A stretch of 64,000 nucleotides of DNA from a virus: positions 11,710 through 75,709 of the IMG/VR virus record IMGVR_UViG_3300032293_001294; one strand, written 5' to 3'. The position numbers and the translations under genes were made by a program. Under the pieces are notes generated by a model. It searched no databases and had not been told where the DNA came from. It saw only the letters and a program-made list of their open reading frames with translations. Shown here piece by piece: positions 1-9,443 of this stretch (position 1 is its first letter; the number at the start of each line of letters is the position of its first letter).

Positions 1-54
1 TTTATTACCTGCAGCTTGACTTAACACGTCATTTAAACTAATTTTGTCTGCCAT
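1..54 (-). CDS. N-terminus of a hypothetical protein running off the left edge (MADKISLNDVLSQAAGNK...)
   Basis: ATG at 54-52 preceded by AAGGAGGT (61-70 on minus); start overlaps the stop of the upstream ORF. Confidence 0.7.
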   Translation of the reverse strand, partial: MADKISLNDVLSQAAGNK

Positions 55-209
55 TATTGTTTACCTCCTTCAGGTTTTTTTGGCTCTTGAGCATTGAGGG
101 TTTCCACAATGTTTTCAATAAACTTAGCGACTTGATCATATGGTAGTCTGGCTAGTGAGTTTAAAATGACTTTAACTTCTTCGACTGTGAATTCAAATTT
201 GTACTTCAT
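54..209 (-). CDS. Hypothetical 51-aa protein (MKYKFEFTVEEVKVILNSLARLPYDQV...)
   Basis: Hand-translated and not in the ORF track; AAAGGAG RBS upstream; tightly coupled to both neighbours. Confidence 0.75.
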   Translation of the reverse strand: MKYKFEFTVEEVKVILNSLARLPYDQVAKFIENIVETLNAQEPKKPEGGKQ

Positions 210-211
210 GT

Positions 212-565
212 TTATTTTTCTCCTTTAAACATTTTTAATAAATCGATGTATATTTTGGCTTCAATAATAGACTTGTCTATTTTATCTTGCATAAACTTTT
301 CAACTTCTTTGTCAGATGCTAGTACTTGGTTATCTTTGATAATGTTTTGAATATCTCGAATAGTTGCAAGGTTTACATCAAGACTTTGATCAACTATAGC
401 AGTGGGTTTTGGAATGTGTATATCAGGGACTTTTTTACCTAAAGATACTTTTGAAACATACGACGCTGATACACCATACTTTTTAGCAACATCTTTGTTT
501 AGCATTCCTAATCCTACGTCGGCTAGAATTTGCATATCAATTTCTGCACTAATTCGTTTTGGCAT
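212..565 (-). CDS. Helix-turn-helix DNA-binding protein
   Basis: N-terminal NKDVAKKYGVSASYVSKV HTH pattern; GGAGG RBS. Confidence 0.7.
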   Translation of the reverse strand: MPKRISAEIDMQILADVGLGMLNKDVAKKYGVSASYVSKVSLGKKVPDIHIPKPTAIVDQSLDVNLATIRDIQNIIKDNQVLASDKEVEKFMQDKIDKSIIEAKIYIDLLKMFKGEK

Positions 566-1787
566 TTTGCACCTCCTTTAACTCTTTAGGTATATCTTTC
601 TTTAAGTCCGCTAAGTAAAGGAGTCCAATTGCACGTCGACTAATCAAGTTATTAACAAGTTGCGTATCCATAAATACATTACTGTAATCAATTGACAATG
701 GTATTTGTAAGATAAGCGGTGCAATCTTAGATATCGCATTGACAACAATCCAGAAGGGATCTTGTTGATAAGAAGATACGGCAGTTACTGTAAATAAAAC
801 TGCGAATAAGAATGTATTAATAAGTGCCCATAAAACTTTACTACCTGCATCTTTAGCAATACGTTTTTCGTTACTATTAATTAATGAGTAACTGTCAACA
901 CTTAATCCAGAATTATCACTGCCATTGTAAACAAACATTGGACTAATGTACTTAAAGTGTTTAACGTGTCCATCCACAACATATTCTTTAATGTATGAAT
1001 CATCTAACAATTGTAGTAGACGTTCTTTCTTTTTAATATAACGACGTTCTTTCCAGGAAAGTTTACCGATTATTTTAAGTGATGATGCAGCGTCTTCAGG
1101 TTTATTACGTAATGTTTCAAAGTATGTTTTAAGTTTTTTACGAACTTCATAAGTTGTTTTTTGTTCTAACTTATCAATATTATACTTAACATTAGTTTTA
1201 TGTTGTTGGATTTTACGATGGTAGTTAAACACATCATGTATCCATGGTTCAAATGTAACAGGGTCTAAATGTTTTTCAGTCATATCTTCGACTTGGTTTG
1301 ACAAATCAACATAACGTTTGTATTTATCTTTAGCTAAAACAATTAAGTAGTTGAATAAACTATAAAACAAAATAATAGCAGAACCAATTGAAATAGTCGT
1401 AGACACGTACCAAAATGGATATTCAAAAAAGAATTGTGTATACACTTGTACTTTAAAATTGTCTGGTATTTCTACTTCAAACGGGTTTGTACCCGGATTA
1501 TCAATAACGTACGTCGTTATATATAGATTTATATTTTGTTGAGAGAACCATGTTAAACGATAGTTTACGTTTTCTGCTTTCATGATTTCATACTCACCAT
1601 ACGTACGATCAACAGCGCTAACTGTGTATTGCGCTTGTCCTTCGATAACCGGCAACACACCGTTAATACCAAGTACAATCAACAAAGACAAAAGTAAAAA
1701 TATAACACTTCGTGACTTTTTGTTTGTCACAATCTGCGATGCTTTTTCCACCGCTTGTTCTACTTTTGATTGTCTTACTTCTGCCAT
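549..1787 (-). CDS. Multi-pass membrane protein of unknown function
   Basis: About 4 hydrophobic segments (VIFLLLSLLIVLGI; TISIGSAIILFYSLFNYLIVLA; VLWALINTFLFAVLFTVTAV; FWIVVNAISKIAPLILQI) around a basic soluble region. Confidence 0.75.
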   Translation of the reverse strand: MAEVRQSKVEQAVEKASQIVTNKKSRSVIFLLLSLLIVLGINGVLPVIEGQAQYTVSAVDRTYGEYEIMKAENVNYRLTWFSQQNINLYITTYVIDNPGTNPFEVEIPDNFKVQVYTQFFFEYPFWYVSTTISIGSAIILFYSLFNYLIVLAKDKYKRYVDLSNQVEDMTEKHLDPVTFEPWIHDVFNYHRKIQQHKTNVKYNIDKLEQKTTYEVRKKLKTYFETLRNKPEDAASSLKIIGKLSWKERRYIKKKERLLQLLDDSYIKEYVVDGHVKHFKYISPMFVYNGSDNSGLSVDSYSLINSNEKRIAKDAGSKVLWALINTFLFAVLFTVTAVSSYQQDPFWIVVNAISKIAPLILQIPLSIDYSNVFMDTQLVNNLISRRAIGLLYLADLKKDIPKELKEVQNAKTN

Positions 1788-1788
1788 A

Positions 1789-2022
1789 TTAAATATCCGT
1801 TAATGTAAAAGTTGCTTTTTTAACAAGATCGTATTGATCATCACGTTCTTTAACTTCTGTATAAGTAGCAGTGATTGGCTCACGTACATCCGCTAACCAA
1901 ACTGTTAAAGCAAAAGCTTCAGGTGTTTGTAGAGTAGCAGGAATGGTAAGTTTGCCAAATGCAACAACTGAACGAACATCAACAGCTACATCTTTTAATT
2001 CTACGAATCTAATCTGTTCCAT
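1789..2022 (-). CDS. Hypothetical protein
   Basis: AGGAGG RBS; operon-coupled. Confidence 0.75.
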   Translation of the reverse strand: MEQIRFVELKDVAVDVRSVVAFGKLTIPATLQTPEAFALTVWLADVREPITATYTEVKERDDQYDLVKKATFTLTDI

Positions 2023-2036
2023 ATTTATTTTCCTCC

Positions 2037-2471
2037 TTAAATGTGGATGACGTATTCTATTTGTGTATCTTTACTTTTAAGTACTTTAGCTTTAATAAAT
2101 TTAGCTAATGTTTGCATGCGTTTATTTTCTAAATGTACAATAAAGTGTATTGGTCTTATATACATTTTTAACTGGATAATCATTTCAAGTAACACAGGTA
2201 ATGATCCTAAACGATGCTTTGGATCTACATACATTTCTGTAATAAATAATTCATTATCATTATTTAAATCGAAGCTAGTAAATCCAATTGTTTTTCCTTC
2301 GTCATTAAGAAGCATCACGCACTCACCTTTAATAACTTTATAATGTAAGTTAGTTAGTTTTACAAAAAAGTGTTGATTATCAAAGAATAATAATTTTTTA
2401 TCTTCTTCAGACATTTGACCAAACATTTCAATAACTTTATATAAGTCAGGGTGGCTGCTGTAATGTATCAT
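2037..2471 (-). CDS. GNAT-family acetyltransferase-like protein
   Basis: GKTIGF...LFITEMYVDPKHRLG (motif A-like) and VHLENKRMQTL (motif B-like). Confidence 0.65.
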   Translation of the reverse strand: MIHYSSHPDLYKVIEMFGQMSEEDKKLLFFDNQHFFVKLTNLHYKVIKGECVMLLNDEGKTIGFTSFDLNNDNELFITEMYVDPKHRLGSLPVLLEMIIQLKMYIRPIHFIVHLENKRMQTLAKFIKAKVLKSKDTQIEYVIHI

Positions 2472-2752
2472 CCGATGTTAGGATCCCATCCACCGTCATC
2501 ATCCTCATAAGGATTTTCAGGTTCTTGTGTTACTTCTTCATAATCAACGTCTCCATCAAAATCAACGTAGTTGTCTGTATTAGTAGGCGTATCAACAACT
2601 ATATTTTTTTCTTTAGAAGTTACTACAATTTTGTTGGCTTTACAATTTGTACATAAGAAGATATCAATAATTTTATTTAAACCTTCTATTTTACTTAACA
2701 ACAAACTAAATCTAGTACCTTCGCATTTATCACATCTTAGCGGTTTTGACAT
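2468..2752 (-). CDS. Small zinc-ribbon protein with acidic tail
   Basis: CDKC...CTNC; D/E-rich C-terminus. Confidence 0.65.
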   Translation of the reverse strand: MSKPLRCDKCEGTRFSLLLSKIEGLNKIIDIFLCTNCKANKIVVTSKEKNIVVDTPTNTDNYVDFDGDVDYEEVTQEPENPYEDDDGGWDPNIG

Positions 2753-3218
2753 CTTTACCTGGGTCCTCCTCTTTGACTTCTTTGGCTAAGTCTTCAATAA
2801 AGCGCTTGTGATCAGCAGCTTCATCAGGTTTCATTTCAGTAACAAGCGTTTGTTGATGTTTAATAGCCTCGCTAATAAATTCAATATCAGGAAATAAATC
2901 TTTTAAAGTGTTATTAAACACATCTGAGATTGCTTGATAAATGGCTTTACGGGTAACATATAATGCGTTATCGTTTTTTTCATCTTTAAAAATATAAGCT
3001 TTGGCCTCGACTTCAGCTTTAGTTGCTGGACGTAATACAGGTAAGTCTGCTAGAATTGCAGTCAAACCAACTTTGACACTACTAAGCATAACGTTTAAAT
3101 ATGGTTTAATATCAGTCATCACACCACGTTTTTGTTTAGGAACAATACGTGCTTCTAGCTCACCTTTAATCATATCTGCAGCGAATGAGATTTTAATTAC
3201 GTCAGTCTTTTTTGGCAT
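2730..3218 (-). CDS. Hypothetical protein
   Basis: AAGGAGG RBS; promoter-like element upstream. Confidence 0.75.
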   Translation of the reverse strand: MPKKTDVIKISFAADMIKGELEARIVPKQKRGVMTDIKPYLNVMLSSVKVGLTAILADLPVLRPATKAEVEAKAYIFKDEKNDNALYVTRKAIYQAISDVFNNTLKDLFPDIEFISEAIKHQQTLVTEMKPDEAADHKRFIEDLAKEVKEEDPGKDVKTAKM

Positions 3219-3244
3219 AAAGCCTCCTTGGTTTTCTTAAGTAT

Positions 3245-3253
3245 ATCATACCA
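3245..3253 (-). promoter_or_regulatory. Sigma-A-type extended -10 promoter (TGGTATGAT)
   Basis: TGnTAnnAT located between the portal terminator and the RBS of the 162-aa gene. Confidence 0.5.
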
Positions 3254-3256
3254 TAT

Positions 3257-3286
3257 AAAAAACACAAGATGTGTATATCTTGTGTT
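3257..3286 (-). terminator. Intrinsic terminator after portal gene
   Basis: AACACAAGAT/ATCTTGTGTT 10-bp stem followed by a T-run on the minus strand. Confidence 0.65.
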
Positions 3287-3310
3287 CTTTGTGTAAACTT
3301 TTACAATTGT

Positions 3311-5110
3311 CTACTTAAACCCTTGTCCCATACCAGGATCTTGTTGAATCGCATTCTTTTCTTCGATTAAGATAGTAATTGCTTGTTGGGCTGCTTGTTC
3401 TTCAGATAATCCTTGTGATAGTAATCGGCTGAATATAGAAGCAAAGTTGGTAAGATCAGCTACTAAAGTTTCTGCTGTACTATCTTGTTGTTCTTTTTCA
3501 AGACGTTGTAAGAATAAGTCTTTTTGTGGGAAGTCTGAGTACTTGACTAAATCTTGTGGAGTAATGATTTGTGGTTTAATTTGATACTGTGCTTGCATCT
3601 CATAGAGTGCTTTAGCTGAATCAAACAAGTTGGCTTGGTTCATTGGAAGCAGTGTCGATGCTGCAATATTGTAGTCAAATTTCATACCTCGTGCTCTTAA
3701 CTCATTAAATTTAATTGTACTTTGATCAATAACACGGTTAGTGCCTGTAGCTGATAGTTTAGGTACAATATAAGATTTTTCACCACCATAAGCAAAGTAA
3801 TATTCAAGTACTAATTTAGTTAAGTCTTCACAAAATTCTTCAAGTAATGTAATACGGCTGTTATCGGTTAACATGGTTACACGTGCTTGAAATGCTTGAG
3901 TTGCGCCAGTTGTTTGAATACTATTTGTCATACGACCTTTATAGTATGGGTCAACACCTGTAACTTGAAAGATTGAATTTTCTAAACGTTGTTTAATATT
4001 ACCTAAGTCAGGAATGACTGGAACGTCAACATAGTAAACTAAGTTACGTGGATCGCCTTTGGTTTCAAAAGAAGCTCCAGGAGTGCCACCGTAGTCAGCA
4101 AAGGAACGCATATTAATACGTCCATCTGTATTAACAAATCGTACCCGATTAAGTACACGATAAGGTTGGGTTGCTTCCATAGAGTCTAGCATGTTAAGAG
4201 CAATAACAGTGTTAAGAACTTTATTTAATTTTGAATTTCCGTAAGGATTTGCATCTGGGCGTTGAGGACTATAACAAACAATAGGAAAACGTTTAAGTGG
4301 AATGTTTAAGTTTTCGTAGATAATCGTATCTTCGTTAAGTATAAAGATTTGATCGATTGTTCCTTTTTCATTACGAATAAAACATTCAATAAGAGAAACT
4401 ACTTTATTGTCAGTAACTACTTGATTTGCATCTACATTAGCATTAGGAATTTTTTGATTAAGAGGATCTTTCGGAATACCATAAGATCCATAACCACCTA
4501 ATTTGTTTTGAGCAGTTTTGTCTGTAATCGCACCTTTATTTCTTTTAATAAACTCTTCAACAGGTTCTTTAAAATTAGGATTAGTTACAAGGGTATAAAC
4601 ATTAACAGCTCTTTCAATAAAAATAGCTTCACCATTTTTATATGAATCCACACTTGGGTCAAAATAAAGTTCATCAGGAGACAATGCTTTAAGTTTAATA
4701 TGATTATCAGTGGCATCCCAATCTACACGCATTGCTCCTAAATTATATAACTCTGCGTTTTCACCAACATGTAAAAATTTATTTTTCATTCCCCAACGAT
4801 TCCAGTTGTACGAAATGAATGCATTAAGATCTTGTACAGTTTTTTCATCCTTAGCAAACCGTGGAGTAATAGTGCCGATAAAAGCACCACTATAAATAGA
4901 GTTCATATACCCTTGAACAACATATTCTAAATAATTCCAGTCAGGTGTAATAGAATATTCTTTTAAATTCTTTTTAAATAAAGTCCAAAATTCACCTTTA
5001 TATAAAGAACGAATAAGCCGCCACTCGCTTAAAATGCCTTGTTTATAAGCACGATACTCATCAAACATTTGTTTAATACGAAAAACATCATAAGTAAAAT
5101 TTTTTGTCAT
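3311..5110 (-). CDS. Portal protein
   Basis: 599 aa, close downstream of TerL; LSPDELYFDP, FPIV...PYGNS, TGATQA pattern and Q-rich C-terminus resemble P22/T7-type portals. Confidence 0.8.
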   Translation of the reverse strand: MTKNFTYDVFRIKQMFDEYRAYKQGILSEWRLIRSLYKGEFWTLFKKNLKEYSITPDWNYLEYVVQGYMNSIYSGAFIGTITPRFAKDEKTVQDLNAFISYNWNRWGMKNKFLHVGENAELYNLGAMRVDWDATDNHIKLKALSPDELYFDPSVDSYKNGEAIFIERAVNVYTLVTNPNFKEPVEEFIKRNKGAITDKTAQNKLGGYGSYGIPKDPLNQKIPNANVDANQVVTDNKVVSLIECFIRNEKGTIDQIFILNEDTIIYENLNIPLKRFPIVCYSPQRPDANPYGNSKLNKVLNTVIALNMLDSMEATQPYRVLNRVRFVNTDGRINMRSFADYGGTPGASFETKGDPRNLVYYVDVPVIPDLGNIKQRLENSIFQVTGVDPYYKGRMTNSIQTTGATQAFQARVTMLTDNSRITLLEEFCEDLTKLVLEYYFAYGGEKSYIVPKLSATGTNRVIDQSTIKFNELRARGMKFDYNIAASTLLPMNQANLFDSAKALYEMQAQYQIKPQIITPQDLVKYSDFPQKDLFLQRLEKEQQDSTAETLVADLTNFASIFSRLLSQGLSEEQAAQQAITILIEEKNAIQQDPGMGQGFK

Positions 5111-5520
5111 TAATTCTTACCGTCCTTTACTTCAACACCTGTCATAATTTCCTGAAGTGTTTTGTCTAAAGCATCTTTTGTTTTTTGTGTACTAGCAATA
5201 ATTGCGTCTTCAATTTGTTTTAAACGAATACGTTCTTTTTTCTCTAATTCTTTTTTTTGTTGTTCACTTAATTCTTCTTGTGCTTCTTCTGGATTATCAG
5301 CTAATGTATTGTGTTGAGCAGCTTCAATAATAGCTTGAACAGGTCCGCTGATGTCTCCAACGTTATCTGCTTCTTTATTTCGGGATCCACGCACTGAGCG
5401 GTTTGTGGAAATCTTCTTCGTCGGTTTTTTCAGAATCTTCATCAAAAACACTGCTTGCAGTGATAACGCTGCTGCTACCAGTATAAGTGATATTGCTATT
5501 AAAGCCATCAGAATTTCCAT
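5110..5520 (-). CDS. Membrane-anchored hypothetical protein overlapping the TerL 3' end
   Basis: N-terminal TM helix; own AAAGGAG RBS (5530-5536); stop overlaps the portal ATG (TAATG). Confidence 0.75.
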   Translation of the reverse strand: MEILMALIAISLILVAAALSLQAVFLMKILKKPTKKISTNRSVRGSRNKEADNVGDISGPVQAIIEAAQHNTLADNPEEAQEELSEQQKKELEKKERIRLKQIEDAIIASTQKTKDALDKTLQEIMTGVEVKDGKN

Positions 5521-7240
5521 TGTTTGTGTTCTCCTTTAATGGGTCGTAATAAGTCGAGGTCTTTTTAATTATAGCATTCTTTTGTTTATCATGGATGAAA
5601 CTTTTGCCACTTGGTAAAAATACATTAAGCCTTAGTTCTTGTAAATTATGTGGAAGTTCTACTACAATAAACTCTAAAGCTGTGATCCCGTGGTCTCGTC
5701 CGTCTTCTGGTTTACCTGTAGGTGCTCCACTTTTATCTAATAAGAACTTATAGTTTAAAGCTTCGTCAATTAAAAACTCACAAGTAGAATACACTTCAAC
5801 TTGATTGTGATTAAGTAATGAGTTCATTTTAATAATACGCGCATCGTGGCTTGCAAAGGATGGTTCAAAGTATAAACCTTCATCTTCAAACATACTGCCA
5901 ATAGTAACCAAGTTACTTTCACGTTTACTATAACTGCGTCCGTCAAACTTAGGCATCATAAGCAGTCCATCTAAATCTGTACCATTAAGCTTTGTTTCTT
6001 TACGATACTCTTTAGCAATGGTTTTAATGTCAGAGTTATTAATACGTAACTCATCATAAACGTATAACTTCTTTGTTTCAGTAGAAAATGCTCCATAAAC
6101 AATGTGTGTTGGATCATTAATCCCATAGTCTACACCAATAAGATAGTACAAAACTCTACGACCAGATTCATCAAAAGCTCTTGGTAATGGGTGTGGTGGT
6201 ACAATGCAAACACCAAAGTTTGGAAATACTAAGTTACTTGAGAAGTTAAACGAACCTTTATAGAACTGTTGAATATATGCTTGCGACTTACCACGTGTTT
6301 GTTCTTCTTCGTATGTTGCTGGTAGAAATGGGTTAGCACTTGTAGAAATAATCTGTGTATACTTTTGTGGATCACGTTCTTTATTAAACTTATAACCCTC
6401 GTTATACGCGTCTCCATAAAACTCTACTGTCGCAGAATCTAAAAGAAACTTTGATTTAACCCAACCAGAATCTGGGTTTGTTTCTAGATTAATGTGACGT
6501 GCGTCAACGCGATACTTGGGTTTATATACTTGTTGATTAGGATCCCATTGCATTTTAGGTTGTCCATTTTCGTCAACTTCAGGAATCATTGCGGCTGTAT
6601 TACGAATACGAGATTGCAACATCGTAAACCCTGCGAACTGTACATCCGATGATTCAACAATCACAGCCATTGTTAAGTTAATCGATTTAAGTTTTGTTTC
6701 GTCATCAAATGAGCGGAATAAAATTTCTGAACCGTTGGTTAATTGAAGTTCATGTTTCTGATCGTTTTTACGTCTCACCAATTTTTCAGGAAATATACTG
6801 TAGAATTCTTTAACAAAGGTTGCTTCAAGAGCTGGGTATGTACGTGCTGTTACAGCAACACGTGCGTTTTGAATTAACATAATATGTTTGATGACATCTT
6901 CAATGTTAGCTCTAGATTTACCCGAACCGTAACCACCTGCTGTCATTTTATAACGCTCACGTCTACGCAAGAACATTGCTTGGTATGCTGTAGGTTTAAA
7001 TGTATTAATTAATGTTCCACACTGAGGGCATTCCTTAAACGTTAAACTTTCACTGCCGTTAATTGCTTTAGCTGGCACTAAAGGTTTATTACAGCGTGGG
7101 CAGTGATGTAAACTATCCACACGAATAACTTGTGGCTTTGCTTCTTCAAGAGAAGGTACAAGTGCAGGCTGAACAATATCAAACACTTCTCCAGTATCTT
7201 GATCAACAAATCGTTGCGTATCAATGATTGACTTTGGCAT
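5375..7240 (-). CDS. terL: Terminase large subunit with N-terminal zinc ribbon
   Basis: Walker A GGYGSGKS, coupling motif LETNP, RNase H-like IGVDYG and C-terminal DGRDH; CPRC/CPQC at the N-terminus. Confidence 0.9.
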   Translation of the reverse strand: MPKSIIDTQRFVDQDTGEVFDIVQPALVPSLEEAKPQVIRVDSLHHCPRCNKPLVPAKAINGSESLTFKECPQCGTLINTFKPTAYQAMFLRRRERYKMTAGGYGSGKSRANIEDVIKHIMLIQNARVAVTARTYPALEATFVKEFYSIFPEKLVRRKNDQKHELQLTNGSEILFRSFDDETKLKSINLTMAVIVESSDVQFAGFTMLQSRIRNTAAMIPEVDENGQPKMQWDPNQQVYKPKYRVDARHINLETNPDSGWVKSKFLLDSATVEFYGDAYNEGYKFNKERDPQKYTQIISTSANPFLPATYEEEQTRGKSQAYIQQFYKGSFNFSSNLVFPNFGVCIVPPHPLPRAFDESGRRVLYYLIGVDYGINDPTHIVYGAFSTETKKLYVYDELRINNSDIKTIAKEYRKETKLNGTDLDGLLMMPKFDGRSYSKRESNLVTIGSMFEDEGLYFEPSFASHDARIIKMNSLLNHNQVEVYSTCEFLIDEALNYKFLLDKSGAPTGKPEDGRDHGITALEFIVVELPHNLQELRLNVFLPSGKSFIHDKQKNAIIKKTSTYYDPLKENTNNGNSDGFNSNITYTGSSSVITASSVFDEDSEKTDEEDFHKPLSAWIPK

Positions 7241-7241
7241 A

Positions 7242-7676
7242 TTATAATCCTGGCTTTTTATTTTCTGGTACGTTAGGTAAAAACTCAGCTTCTTCTGCAG
7301 TTAACGGAGTTTGAATATAAATATATTGGACAGGAGTTGCAAAACTAGGACGATGATCATCACGATACTTAATCGCTGCGTTTAGTTTAGTTGCATCAGC
7401 CATCCCAACATGTACACCATCTTTCATGTACTTGTTGACGATAATACCAGCTTGGGTATAAATAACACGATCAATATAATCTTGAACACGACTGTCAGCT
7501 AAAAACATTTGCCAGTCATGATACGTTGTGTTTTGTCCAATAACCCCAGCAAGTTCGTGTGGATTAGAAACAAAAAGTTTGTCATACGCCATCGGTACGC
7601 TTTCTGCAAAGTTCCATAAATTAACTAGATGTAATAACTTAACTTCTGTTTTTGTAAATTGTTCTAATGCAATCAT
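7242..7676 (-). CDS. Putative terminase small subunit
   Basis: Size and position immediately upstream of terL; no diagnostic motif. Confidence 0.4.
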   Translation of the reverse strand: MIALEQFTKTEVKLLHLVNLWNFAESVPMAYDKLFVSNPHELAGVIGQNTTYHDWQMFLADSRVQDYIDRVIYTQAGIIVNKYMKDGVHVGMADATKLNAAIKYRDDHRPSFATPVQYIYIQTPLTAEEAEFLPNVPENKKPGL

Positions 7677-8284
7677 AACTTACCTTTCAAGTGGGGCAGG
7701 TTCACAGGTACTCCCCTACGATTTGATTCCAAAATTAAAGGAACCTTTTGTTTATAGTATACACCTTTTGATTCTCCAGTTCGATAGAGTGTAAATTGTT
7801 CGATAGGATAAAATCTTGTAAGATTAATAACTTCTTTACGTGCTTCTGCTAATGTTTGGAAAGACCATTCGTATTTTTTAACACCATGTTCTCTAATTAA
7901 AACAGCACCACTTAAAGTGCCGGCTTTGTAGTTTTCTCCAACAATGCCTTTGAAATTATTAAGACCTTTGTATGTTTCAAGTTCTTCTATGTTTTTTAAA
8001 TTTGAAAACACATGTCTAAATGTAGAGCGTAAATAAACAAGTGTATATTTTTTAAATTCATTTATAAGCCAGTTATATCCTAAGGTTGTTAAATACATAT
8101 TTTTATCTTTATAGTCTTCAATGTTTGTAATATCAAAAACAAAAGGCAACTTAGCGTATAGTGAATATAGTTTTAACACTACGCCTAAATTGCCTGGTCG
8201 TAAAGGATAATTTCTAAATTTATCAACAGTTAAGATACCAACGGTCATACATTGGTACAAATATTGATATACTAAATAATTCAT
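7673..8284 (-). CDS. Hypothetical protein
   Basis: 203-aa ORF with start/stop overlaps on both sides. Confidence 0.7.
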   Translation of the reverse strand: MNYLVYQYLYQCMTVGILTVDKFRNYPLRPGNLGVVLKLYSLYAKLPFVFDITNIEDYKDKNMYLTTLGYNWLINEFKKYTLVYLRSTFRHVFSNLKNIEELETYKGLNNFKGIVGENYKAGTLSGAVLIREHGVKKYEWSFQTLAEARKEVINLTRFYPIEQFTLYRTGESKGVYYKQKVPLILESNRRGVPVNLPHLKGKL

Positions 8285-8574
8285 TACATGTTTAACATTG
8301 CTTCGTCTAACGCAGTTTCTTGTGCATCTTCTTCAGCATTGTCTTCTGCAATAGGTTCAATCATTGGTTCTTCTGTTGGCGTTCCACCAGAAATAGTCAT
8401 TGTAGTATCATTTAATTGATCTACGGTCATGCCCATAGAATAAACCATATTTAAGACTTCAATAAGTTGCATCTTATCTAACTGGCCTACTTCTACAGAT
8501 AACATACCTTGGTCAGCCATTTCTTCATAGCCAACGTTCATACCTTGTAGAGCATTAATAATTTCTTCAAACAT
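8284..8574 (-). CDS. Very acidic, Met-rich small protein (start likely MFEE at 8574)
   Basis: GGAGG RBS ahead of ATG 8574; one Lys and no Arg in 96 aa. Confidence 0.75.
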   Translation of the reverse strand: MFEEIINALQGMNVGYEEMADQGMLSVEVGQLDKMQLIEVLNMVYSMGMTVDQLNDTTMTISGGTPTEEPMIEPIAEDNAEEDAQETALDEAMLNM

Positions 8575-8575
8575 T

Positions 8576-9061
8576 TTATTTACCTCCTTTTTCAATCATG
8601 TTATGTAGGATTGTACGATAGGGTTCTGCCACCATTTCCATATCCTGCATATGGATATCATAGTGACCATTTTTAATTAACTCAGCGTGATACATAAACT
8701 TACCGAACGCATCGTCATACTCAGGGATATACTTACGTGCAAACAATTCAATTTCTAATCCTAAGGTTTCATTTGGTTTTGAGTTAGTAGTTTCTTGTTC
8801 AGGATATGGTAGTTCCATTTCCATTTCGATTTCAATCGGAGCTTCCATTTCTACGCCCATCGTTTCAGGATAGACATACAAATATTGTTCATCGACAGAG
8901 TATTGAACTTGTTTATCTTCAAGGTGATCCATCATTGATAACATTAACATTTGATCAACGTCAGATAAATCAACCACAATTTTTTCTGGCCATTGTTCAT
9001 ACATGACGTTCATATCATCTAACATCATCATGAATTCGTTACAGTTACTATCATAGTGCAT
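8576..9061 (-). CDS. Acidic, Met-rich protein, apparently paralogous to the downstream gene
   Basis: GAGGAGG RBS; N-terminal half aligns by eye with 8284-8574. Confidence 0.75.
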   Translation of the reverse strand: MHYDSNCNEFMMMLDDMNVMYEQWPEKIVVDLSDVDQMLMLSMMDHLEDKQVQYSVDEQYLYVYPETMGVEMEAPIEIEMEMELPYPEQETTNSKPNETLGLEIELFARKYIPEYDDAFGKFMYHAELIKNGHYDIHMQDMEMVAEPYRTILHNMIEKGGK

Positions 9062-9083
9062 AGATCATCCTCCTCACTTTTTT

Positions 9084-9092
9084 AGTATATCA
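9084..9092 (-). promoter_or_regulatory. Extended -10 promoter (TGATATACT)
   Basis: TGTGATATACTAAA, identical to the element at 14636-14649, just upstream of an RBS. Confidence 0.55.
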
Positions 9093-9443
9093 CAACTTTT
9101 CTTTAAGCAAATTAAATTCTACATCTACAAGTATACTACCAATACGAATAAACTTTTCACACATATCTTTAACATGTTGTAAATCTTCATCATTGTTAAC
9201 TAAGAAGTAGCGATGTGGATTAGATGCTCGCAGATATTCTTCCCACCATCTTTGAAGTGGTGTAAGGTCGTAATAACTTGTACCTTTAAACTCAACGTAG
9301 ATTGTACCGCCACCTTTAGGTAATTGTAAAAACCTGTCAGGAAAACCTTTAGAAGTCATGACAGGTCCTTTGATAGCGACAATCTGTTTAGACTGACACC
9401 ACTTTACAAAATCAGTTTCAAGTCGTTTCTCTACTGTGCTCAC
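9090..9443 (-). CDS. VRR-NUC domain nuclease (possible Holliday junction resolvase)
   Basis: E..LE...GFPDR...YVEFK...LTPLQ..W, the VRR-NUC PD-(D/E)XK pattern. Confidence 0.85.
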   Translation of the reverse strand: MSTVEKRLETDFVKWCQSKQIVAIKGPVMTSKGFPDRFLQLPKGGGTIYVEFKGTSYYDLTPLQRWWEEYLRASNPHRYFLVNNDEDLQHVKDMCEKFIRIGSILVDVEFNLLKEKL

